Assembly: GCA_002633005.1 (NCBI GenBank)
Contig: NMRA01000084.1
Span: 998,817 to 1,062,816, forward strand
Length of the DNA stretch: 64,000 nt
Source: Phoronis australis
Lineage: Eukaryota; Animalia; Phoronida
Reading direction: 5' to 3'
Part shown: positions 40,532 through 51,044 of the stretch, one piece after another
Layout of the letters: each line of letters opens with the position of its first letter
How positions within the stretch are numbered: the first letter of the stretch is position 1
Program-made: the position numbers and the translations under genes
Notes under the pieces: generated by a model
Seen by the model: the letters and a program-made list of their open reading frames with translations, nothing else
Databases searched by the model: none
What the model was told of the DNA's origin: nothing

Positions 40532-42941
40532 TGCTTTTATGCAAGTCCGTTAGACTTTTTTCCATATTTTGTTGGTGAGTCCGGGTTATACTTTTATACG
40601 TGTTTCTGTTCGGTGAGTTTTTGTCATTGGGGTGTCCAAAATGATTTTTATTTGTTCAATGTGCATTTGCAGTGCTGTTTTGTTCACTGTTAGTTGCAGA
40701 ATTTCTGTAGAAAGTTTTCAGTTCTTGTGCTGTCAGGACTGAATTTGGTTTACGGTTGTCGGACTTCCGCATGTCAAAAGGCTCACTCACATATTTAGTA
40801 TTATGGCCTGGTGAGGGACGAAATCTTTTACAGTGTCTGATGTTATTCACATTACATGTTCAGTATTATTGTCTGTTTTCCGACTGTACATGTACTTTAT
40901 CATTCCCCAGTGTAGAATTCACATTTTTGTGTGGTATCATTGTCTAATTGGTTTACATATGTTACTGGACTTACAGATCTAGGAAATGGTGTCATAAGCG
41001 TATTGAAAAGTGTTTGATTTGCCAACAGTATTAGAATCTCTACTGTACAGCAATTTGGTAAAGCAAGTGTCCAGGAGACCTGATTAAATCAGTGACACCC
41101 GATATTTATAAACATACATGTACTTGCTTTATTCTCAAGTGGAAATAAAATGACGCAGTAATATCACCACAGAGGAAACCAAGTAAAATACACAGTCGGG
41201 CACGGCAGGTGGGAAATAGTGCAAAGACTGACAAATGGAGGAAGTACAGGCTTCTCAAATGCAATCAAAAGGATTCCAATAAATTCAATCGCTTCATATC
41301 GTGCTCAACATGTCGAATTGACATGTTTTCCTAAAATTCTTCACGGGTGATTCTTTTGTTGACGAACTTGGTAGGCATACTTAATGTCCGTTTCTCTCTT
41401 TCAGTGTCTGAACGTGCTCTAAATATAAAGGATAGGTTGTAAATGTCACAAACACATGGACTAGCTGTAAAGAAACGTGGAACTAAGACTTTTATCTGCA
41501 ACGTGATTTTGCGCAAACGAACTCTTCACCCAGGACGATTGGCCTTATCCTGCGCTAGACGAGGTCAGCCGACATGCCAATTATCCTATTATGTGTTGAG
41601 TGTACTCAATCGACTATAATAAGTTGCAGCTGAGCTGCGCTAGGAGAGTGCACTCACTTCAGGACTCTTGTGATTTTCATTCAGAAATTCTAAGAGCCCT
41701 GGAATGTTGTTTAGATATGTGAGCATGCGCAATAGATGCAAAAGATTAAGAAGAAAATTATTCCTTCGTAATGCGTGACCAACAAAATATCGGTTTTGGC
41801 ACTTGATATGTTCAGTTACAGGAAAAAGAAAGTAAAATAACAAAAAACCGGTAATGGCGGCGCTAATATGCATAAAAACGCATATGAGACATTTTTTCGG
41901 CTTGTTAACATCTTTTTTCGGCTTGTTAACTGCTTTTTTCGGTTTTCACACTTTTTTTCCTTTGCAAAAATGCAACTTAGAAGTTGAAGTCCGGGGGGAG
42001 TGCACGGGAGGCCATTTTTCGCCTCAGCTAATTTGCATACGGTTACTTACTGTATGAATACCACAATGAAAGTGTACATAAGCCAATATCAACACTAAGT
42101 GCGCAACTTTCAGTGCTTGTATAGTCAGCTCGCCACTTTCCTTTTCCACTTCACAAACAACGGTGAGCAAGATATCAATCAGTGAGTTTGGTAAGATAGG
42201 ACCACACGGCAACACTCCTTCGCCAGTCCGCATCCACCGCCCTTGTCCCTCGTCATAGGGTTTTGGCTATTCAGTTACGAGTTCACAAGCGCGCTTGTAC
42301 AAAGCGACACGGTGATTTACTCGTTGAATATGACGTTTCCGTGCAGCCAGGCACTGGGGAAGTCGAGCAAGGTCAACCTTGGACTTGTAACAGAGCATTT
42401 CATGTTCACCAACCATGTTGCGCCAAATCTTGGTACGAGTAGCATCTATCGATTAACCACGACTCGTACATGAGGCAGGTGAACTCCTCTATCTCTTTCA
42501 AAACTTCAGAAGTTACAGCCCAATCAACGACAAGTTGCTTGAATGCTCGGTGAAACTGTGGATTCTTTTCCAGGTTTTTACGGGGACCAATCTTTCCTTC
42601 ACCTTTAAAGGCGAAGGCAACCTTTTTCATGTCATTTTGAGCTAAAATAAGGTTGGTTGGTTATCCTAGACATATTTTCCACTTAATTACAGCTTTTCGT
42701 AATTTTATTAATTACTCGTCCTCTGCTCCGGAAGTGACGTTTTAGGAGGCAAGCGTTTCCCGCCACTTGGTTTTGCGTTGAGTTTATCGTGCGAATCTGT
42801 TCTATTCTACTTTTGTTTTGTGCTGTTTTCCAACATTTGTCGCCACCACTTTCCATCGGCGAGTATTCTGCGGAAAGATAGGTTAGTAGAGAACTCAACT
42901 ACGTTGGATTTAGGGATTGTTTAGTGTGTTGTAAGCTGAAA

Positions 42942-43240
42942 ATGGCTGGAGTCGGTGACCCGTATCACAGTGACAGTACTGTGAGTGACGGAGACCTTGT
43001 TCACAGCAGTGCATGGTGACGAGGAATTTTTTCACGGACATTCAGTGGGTGGGTACATGTTTGAGCCCGAGTATAACGAGGCAGAGTACGCACAGGCAGC
43101 TGTTGAGAGAAACGAGGCGGCTACTGAAGACAGACGTGGTGACACATCTTGGTGCAAATGCACTGTGTGCGTTGTTATGCCTACCTCAATGGAATGCTTG
43201 TGCTGTTCAGAGTTCGACGAGGCCAAGCCACTACTGGACA
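42942..43240 (+). pseudogene. KolX N-terminus (P2X7 cytoplasmic-ballast-like Cys cluster), frameshifted and truncated
   Basis: ATG at 42942 with a frameshift before ~43010, then YMFEPEY...WCKCTVCVVMPTSMECLCCSE. Confidence 0.75.
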
Positions 43241-44021
43241 CGGTTAGGTGGACCTCCGGCATACCACGGACAGAGGAACAACTGTCCCACTTGCCAGAGT
43301 GTCCCGCGACACACTCCCACTGGATGGTGACCTGAGCACCCAAACTGCTTACATCGTGTCGTGTGACTCCCTCGCCACACACCTGGCACCTTCTAAATAG
43401 CTCCAACACTTTAGACAAGTCCACAATAAACTTATCAAAGTTTGGCTCACCGATCTGTTCACTGGACGACGAACTGTCCTCTTCACTGGATGTCGAACTG
43501 GGCCTGTAATCATTCCCACTACTCAATATCGCTGCAGGGCTGCTTAGAGGCTCTGGGCTGGAGAAAACAGCACAGGGCGAATCACTACTGGTTCCAGGAA
43601 TGGCACGCTCTGGGGTACGTTCGGAGGCACGGGTGACAGTGGATGAAGTGCCTCCACTGGCTCCAGTCACTGTACTGGCCACAGCTCGCGAGGCTTCTCT
43701 CTTCAAAAACGCACTTCTCGGGGGTGGCGACGGGGCACTGCCGAGAATCAACACAGACGGAATGGCATCCTTCTTCAGGCGTTGTTTCGCAGGAACCTTC
43801 ATCAGTTCAGCGTACAAATCCCTTTCGTAATCGGACGGCAGAAAGTGCTTGTCACACACACGGTAATTCTCGACTGCTTTGTACGTTGCGTGGACGGGTA
43901 ACGCTTCGTTCTTCACACGAACGAGCCAAGTACGGCGAAGTGTGTCATCCATCGGAAAGCGATGCTAAGGTACTCCCAAAGCGCGCGGGAGACGATAATT
44001 AGTACAGCAACAGTGTGGCAT
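43236..44021 (-). pseudogene. Kolobok transposase N-terminus (THAP zinc finger plus CxxC...CxxxH finger), DDE domain deleted
   Basis: ATG at 44021: MPHCCCTN...P*HRFP...W...VCDKHF...LKKDAIPSV; in-frame TAG at 43967-65; then LFRRCQVCG...WECVAGHSGKW. Confidence 0.8.
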
Positions 44022-44313
44022 ATTGACTGACTAGTAAATGAAAGCAAATAACGACGTAACTTAACACAACCGAGGTAGAACAATGACTGACTCGGCAGCT
44101 CCCACAGTCAGACTATATGAAAAGAAATTGGCGCGAAATGCTTGCCTCCTAAAACGTCACTTCCGGACTAGCGGATAAGTAATTAACAAAATTACGAAAA
44201 GCTGTAATTAAGTGGAAATTATGTCTAGGATAACCAACCAACCTTATTTTAGATCAAAATGACATGAAAAAAGGTTGCCTTCGCCTTTAAAGGCATTGGT
44301 GCAGTCTTCTCCA

Positions 44314-44314
<1 letters not shown>

Positions 44315-44382
<68 letters not shown>
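44315..44382. repeat. (TA)n microsatellite inside the Academ XPG coding remnant
   Basis: About 34 TA units with one interruption. Confidence 0.95.
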
Positions 44383-44536
44383 GTAGAGTTTCACAGTAAT
44401 CTTTCTCATGGATTTTGGCCAGGTCGGAGAGATTCAGTAGTCGCCGATGTTTTCCAAACTCTGTATCTAGATATAACAGTCAACTTTATGGCGTGAGCAT
44501 GATGCACCAGAATTACAAAGAAGAAATTGTCAGGCC

Positions 44537-44682
44537 CCTGAGCGGCACACCATAGGGGGTTGGGGGGAGGGGGCTATAGCCCCACTTTTTCAGTGCTGCG
44601 CCGCCCATGATCTATAGATGGTGCACCACAAGGGGCTGTGGGGGCTTTAGCCTCACCTTTTTTCAGTGCTGCGCCGCCCATG
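44537..44682. mobile_element. Small degenerate hAT-like MITE (internally duplicated)
   Basis: Ends CCTGAGCGGCAC / GCGCCGCCCATG; the CAGTGCTGCGCCGCCCATG end is present twice; it interrupts the Academ VRTP|D motif. Confidence 0.55.
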
Positions 44683-45495
44683 AGGGGTTCTGACGACGAC
44701 ATTGCTGTATCCGAGTGAGACAGCGTACTGTAGGAACACAACAATTCTTGTGTCGGTCTCTTCTTGGTTGCTGTAGATATGTGAGTGCTCCTGAGTATGA
44801 ACCTGAAACATAAGATTACGTTACTCTATGACATCGCAAATTATTTTGCAGTAAGAAATACTCGGAAATTATGTTTAGAAAAAAGATTGTGGACTTTCCT
44901 GGCCATCGGATGGGCTTTTCAGTGTACAATCAGGATGGCCATTTCGCTCTTCTCCAACCTGGAAACTGACTTCTCACCACGCCTGACTCCAGACTTACAG
45001 TAACAATTGATAGAATTACTTATTGTTGTCATCGTTTGCAAGGTTTTAAAGTTTTACGATTTTCGTGTATCTGGTCCACCCAAGATTATCTTCTCTTAAC
45101 TGCCACGTCGCAACCTCTCCTGGGCTTTGATAATTCAGGGAGAAAGCTGTCAGTTCGGAACAAGAAGAGCTTCTTCGACTCCATCTCGTCAGGTACTTGT
45201 AAACAGATGTCACCACATGTTGGAGGGAGACGTGTTGACATATGCCATGCCATTTAGGACGGCCTCAGGATAATGAAAGTTTTCCGGCACAATGTCTCCC
45301 AGAAGATAACGCAAAAGAGAGGCTTCCTTGGCTATGGAAAAAGGGCTATCTGTTGTTCCAAGACGGAGCTTCGTTGTCGGTTGCGACCTCTTAATGACTA
45401 GCATTGTTTTATCTTTGGAGGTTTCAAAACCAGGTTTGACCTCTTGAAAAATGATTCCTCGAGCGCTGTTGACGATGTTGCTGCCCTGTACATTC

Positions 45496-45730
45496 CAGAG
45501 GCGGATCTACAGGGGGGGTTCAGGGGGTTTAAACCCCCCTCGGGACAGGATCAAAAATAAAAACTGGAAAAAAAATCGCCAGAAAAACGAAATTAGCTAC
45601 TAAAAATCCCAAAAAATCTTACACGGGAGGAGGGAAACCCTCTCGCGACCTTCCTTCAACTCGGCGCTACGCGCCTCGGATTCTCTCGAATCCTAAACCC
45701 CCCCTTACTGAAATCGTAGATCTGCCACTG
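45496..45730. mobile_element. hAT5-like MITE
   Basis: TIRs CAGAGGCGGATCTAC / GTAGATCTGCCACTG; perfect 5-bp TSD CATTC. Confidence 0.85.
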
Positions 45731-48700
45731 CATTCATGGTCATTTTATTCAAATTATCCCACTCACAATGGGATACACTGTTACCCTCATTTGTGAAGAG
45801 TAAGATGAGTTCACACATCCCCTATCACGTTTGCCAAAACGGTTTCAAAATATGAAACGAAATCCTAGTAGTAAGCTGTTTGCTTCGAAGCAATTGTCTG
45901 ATGGTCACACAAAGAAGTACATGCTTTGACGGTAACTTCCACTTTCCGTCGGCGACGGCACGACATACATCTTATCCAATAGAGGAAACCAGTCTCTTGA
46001 ATTTTTCACTTTTTGAGACCTTCAACCCCAGTCATGAACAAACTAAGAAATGGGAGGAGACAAAAGTTTTACAGTATCAAGTTTCATATAATCGGCGGTT
46101 AATGGCCGCGGTAGTTCTGCTGAATGTTTGCATGCCTTCAGAATGCCATCTCAAAGAGTGAGCCCAGTTTTCAGACGTTTATGTGTACTTCCTAAACAAT
46201 ATGATTGTGCTAAAACAGAGAAAACGGTTATACTTCATCTATGAAACAGTCAAAATGACAGTGTCACCTCAGTCAATTTTTGTGAAGTTGACCTGGTTTT
46301 GCAATGGACCTGTTTTGAAACGATTCAATAGTTTTTCAGAACGTTACCTAACATTCCTATATCCCTTCCGTTTTAGTTCCTCAACGTAAAGCAAGCGGAA
46401 GGAAGAAACCTTGATGATATTATTTTGATGCGAGTTTTAAGCTGTGGTATTTATTTGCATTCCTGCTTCTCTCACATTGTGTAAGGCTGTAAACTTGCCT
46501 TGTTCATTAACAGAATCTAAATGAAGAATACATACGGGTAGAGATTAATCTTTGCCTTCAGTAGATAAGCTTTGACCTACAGTAGCACGATTTTTACATC
46601 TGCATAAATTTCGAATGCACGCCAGTTTCACGTGACTGTGTTAGAAACAATGTTCCTCTTCATAAAAGATGAGACTATTTTTTTCATTTTGTGAGCCTAA
46701 AATATATTATTGGTTAGACTACAACCTAAAAATAATGACAGTTTGTTTTCATTCATGCTGTCAACATCAAAGTTTTGAAATTGAATAAAAATAGCGGATT
46801 TTCATGCCCCACACAGCATTTATGTTCCGTATGTTGTTTGTTTTGTACCGGTACCACGCATAAGATAACTTTTATCACTTACTTGTATGAAATAGTCGAG
46901 AGGATATTGCAAATGTAGCAAAATCGGTAATGGTGGCACTAATTTGCATGAAAACACGTGTGGGACATTTTTTTGGCTTGTTAACATCATTTTTGTGTTT
47001 TCACACATGATTTTCTTCATAAAAATGCAGCTTTGAAGTTGAAGTCCAGGGGCTAAACGAGGGGCCATTTTTCGACTAGACTAAATAGTTGGTCAGAGTG
47101 AAGTTTACACTTGTTACCAACAAACTTTGTTTCCGAAACGACACCAAATCCGGCGATGACAGTGAAAAACAGCACAGCGCACACAAAATAGACATTTTTC
47201 ATTTTTATTTTCCCACTTCCAATAAGTAAGTTCAGGGGTCTGAGATTCCCCTACCTTACTTTACAATCGCTAAGTGAAAATTGGCAATGCAAATACAGAC
47301 AGGAAAAAACATAACAACATTACATAAAAGGGCTTCTACAAATCAGAGTGTAAAGATGCTTGATGTAACAACATCACCATATGCAGTAATTTATGTTTAA
47401 TATGACATATATTTTACAATAATTTATATTTAATATGACATATATTTTACTGATGGTAAAAACTTTGTCTTGTCTTATAAATCCTGGTACAGCACCGTAT
47501 GTGTGTTAATCTTCTACGTGATGAAAAACAAAAAACTAAACAGCAGCACTGACATTTTTGGACAGTGGGCATCGAAAGGAGTCAATTGACATATAGTAAG
47601 CTACACGAATGTAATTCAAATTCGTCACATAACAAAAAACAGCGGTGTTACTGTTAGTAGGTGGATAGCTGGGGCTAGGCTAGGGCATGTGTTATAGACG
47701 TAGTGACAAATGAGAAACTATTACATTTAGGTGGGCCAAAATTCCTACAAAATCACAGCTTCAACTTAAAAGTCATCGTGAAGAAATGCGAATTCTACCA
47801 GATGAAGAGATTCATTGAATTAATCCAATCCGGGCCAACAGCCTTGATTCTTGTATTGAACTGTCGCCGTATGGCGGCCCGAATCAACTTGTCAAGTTAG
47901 TTCCAGCGCGTTTCGTAATAAAAAATGATTTACTGAAGACTTGGTTGCGAAAACAAAAATTAATACTTAAAGTTGCTGAATCCTTCTGTTTTATGGTTTT
48001 GAATTTTTTGAATTGAAACTAGGCAAGATTTTAATGTTTTTGCAGCTTTGAATTTTCAACTCTTTAGTTGAGGAAAACGTTAGGAAATTTAAAAGGTATT
48101 TTTTCTGCTTCATTCTAGATGGAAACTTCAAAAAACAAACATAAATGCAAGTTCAGGCGAAACTTAAGCTCAAATAAAGCTCATTTTACAAAACTTAATA
48201 TTTTCAGAAAACGCAGTTAATGAATATTTGGTTAAATTTTTTTGGTATTGCACCACCACTTAAAATAACCGCCGTAAAGGAATGCTTAGCATGACGTCAC
48301 TTTGACGTCTCTATGACGTTTTGGACCCAGTGCGACCTCATGTCTATTGTTTTTTCCGGGTTCAAACTGCGTCAACTACTGCCATGACACGTCATCACTA
48401 AACATCCGAATTGAGTGTCAGCTGGTTCATGCAGTATGGGTACTCACCCAGTTGCGACTGCATGAACTCGCTGGTTCCCGGCGTGTACGCTAGGGGCAAG
48501 GAACACACACGTATCATTTAATTTTGCTAGGGGAAAACTTTTTACACCAGCATTTCTGACTAGCTGGTCGAATTGATAACAGGTAGAATTTATGTAAAGA
48601 GCGTGCGTCAGGTTTGTCGGCTGTTTTGTGGAATGCGTTGAAAATGATTTCAAAGGAACTGATTTGCATGTGCTTTTGGAAGAGAAACGCCAAGTTTTTT

Positions 48701-51044
48701 TTAGCCGTGACCTACATTTGATGCAACCCCTGTTGTCCACTGCCTGAGAAACCGGGTGCGATTTCAGGTGGCTGTCAAACAGATCAAAATTGCCATAAGG
48801 TAGTTGGTAAGGGGTATACTATGGCAACATTTTTAAAATTTAGAGAGTACGAGCATTCTGATTTTTCGTGCATTTTATAGGGAAGTGATCATTTTGGGGA
48901 GAAAACCGTCAAATTTGGTGCTTTTTGGTAATATTTTTGTGTGCCGGGATTTATTCCGGTGTGAATTTACCGATTAAATATCTGTAGCGTGATTAAGTTT
49001 CAGTTATCACGAATAGTGCTTGTGAGCTGGGAATGCTACAAAACCCTTTGTTTTTTCAGAATCCTGATAAGACTGAGTTGAGGAAAGGACTCATCTCTAC
49101 TTCGGTGTGCTTCAGCAGCCAAAACCCTGTAATAACTGTAGTGTACTCCAGCAGTGTAAATGTGGATATAGTTTGTGGTCTGTTGTACTGACAAATCGGT
49201 GCTTAATTGGGATATGTTCAAGAAATGTGAATCGGCCTGGAAAGTTGTGGTTGTGCCTTTTCGGTGTGCAATTTCTCTACTGTCGCTGACTTTTGTTTAT
49301 GATGCTGTCCTGTATTTACACAGTATGAATAGCACACCGGTTAAATCGGCCACGCGGATATTAAAAAACTACTGCGGAAACAAAATATTTGCAGTAGAGA
49401 GAAAACTTGGTTCACAAAGATGTTGACAAGGCTAAAAGTAGTTCACGGTCCGATATTTTCTTTCTCTTGTGGTAAAGCTAACCAAAGACTATTGAGGTTA
49501 CATCAACCATTGGCAAAACGTGTGTTGCTGGATAACTGCATGTACCCTTCCCCCTAGCTGACACGCAGGGAACCAGCGAGCTGCATGGAATGAGGCTTCC
49601 GCGTTAACCCCGCACACTTAAAAATTTTAAAACAATAATAATAGAATAAAGCAAACACAAACAGGACTGAAAGTACGAAATGTTTATATTTTAGTGAAAT
49701 CTGACAAAACTCATCCTTTGTTCGAAGCTGAATGTACATCAACTCACCACGGCGGCACCTCGCGGCTACGGAAGCAATGACGTCACGGCGATTCACAACA
49801 TCTGTCCAAGAAGAAGAAGAATTGAACTGTACTTCGATCTCTCGACGTGCATTTGAAGGTTGCTATCAGTTTGTTCAGTGATACGGCAACGATAACCGTT
49901 TACGCATGACGACTACAACACGTCTGCGTATTTCATGTTGTATTCAGGAAAGACACTGAAACGGTAAGTCAGAGATTTGATTTTTTAGACCCGTTCAACA
50001 AATTTAGAGTTGACAACAATTCCTACGTCCAGTACAATACCATCAGTTTAAGTCAACTAGGGCTGGCCTTGTAGCCACACAGATCCCGCCTTATGGAAAT
50101 AATCGGGTAGCGACCAAGGGCGTGAAGGCGAAAAATCGTGGTGATTGAATGGAATGGGACTTTCGTAGCCAATGCCAGTTGGAATTATCAAAATTTTGGT
50201 AATCGTGGGCCCACCAGGAAATCCTTAAACCGACACTGATACTGGCCACTGCCACACCTTTTTGCTGTTGAATGAATCAGCTGCTTTCGTTCTTATATTC
50301 GTAGCTGTCACATGTTTCTCTGAACTCTCTTGCAAAATTTGAAATGCATTGGAAATTTCTGTTGTTCGGTATTTGCAACCTCAAGCATCGTGTGAAAAAA
50401 TATTTTCTTTGTTTTCAAAACGGCGTCTTAAATTCATCAGCGTTTTATCTTGTCCTACAGTACACTGAGTCTAAGCAAAATCGCGAAACTGGGGAGCGGG
50501 GGTGGGGGGGGGGGGNTGGGGGCAAGTTCCCCACCCAATAATTTGCAGCATACTTGCAGCATACTTTATGCGACAATCGTATCGCGATTATACTGTTTCA
50601 GTAATCGAACGCCAGTAAGCCACAGGCGGGAGCGAGCGGAGCGCAGTGCTGGGCATTAACTACATTAGCCAACATCAGCGTATGTGTATTATCTTAATTG
50701 TTATCCGGTCAGAATATTTCCTCGTGCAAAGACATGGGGCGCGCCTTCATTCAGACAAAAAGCATCTGTGACATCATCTGGTAATGACGGGAATCGAAAT
50801 AGTGTCCACCAAACCACTTCTGCTCTTGATAACTGTCCTTTATATCTTCTACTTACCTTTCTCTTAACTTTTTGCAGGGGACTATGGAATGCTGTTGATT
50901 ACCACATTTTTCTTCGGCAATTCTAAATGACGTGAGCCTAGCTATCGGCGATACGACCTCGCCACTAGCTGCAGTGCTTCGTAATCATTAGGAACATCCT
51001 TTGAAATAAAATCATTCCTTTCAAAATTGCGTTGTAGTGCATTT

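Larger units (their letters stand above)
42609..44286. mobile_element. Internally deleted Kolobok DNA transposon
   Basis: ~158-bp near-perfect TIRs starting AGGCGAAGGCAACC; TTAA TSD at 42605-08 and 44287-90; two convergent truncated ORFs. Confidence 0.9.
42100..47083 (-). mobile_element. Internally deleted AcademX DNA transposon remnant (transposase N-part plus XPG/PIN nuclease) with nested insertions
   Basis: Minus-strand peptides in order: RLVSSIG*DVCRAVADGKWKLPSKH; HCEWDNLNK...GIIFQE; IKAQERLRRG; SNQEETDTRI...YAVSLGYSNVVVRTP; GEDCTNAFKGEGKIGP; KVDLARLPQC...HIQRVNHRVALYK. A TAG-starting putative terminus (TAGTCTAGTCG on -) lies at 47083. Confidence 0.75.

Noticed and set aside
43032-43952. 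306-aa ORF as a host THAP gene
   Set aside because: It lies within Kolobok TIRs, has an upstream in-frame stop cutting off the first THAP cysteines, and its C-terminus is antisense KolX.
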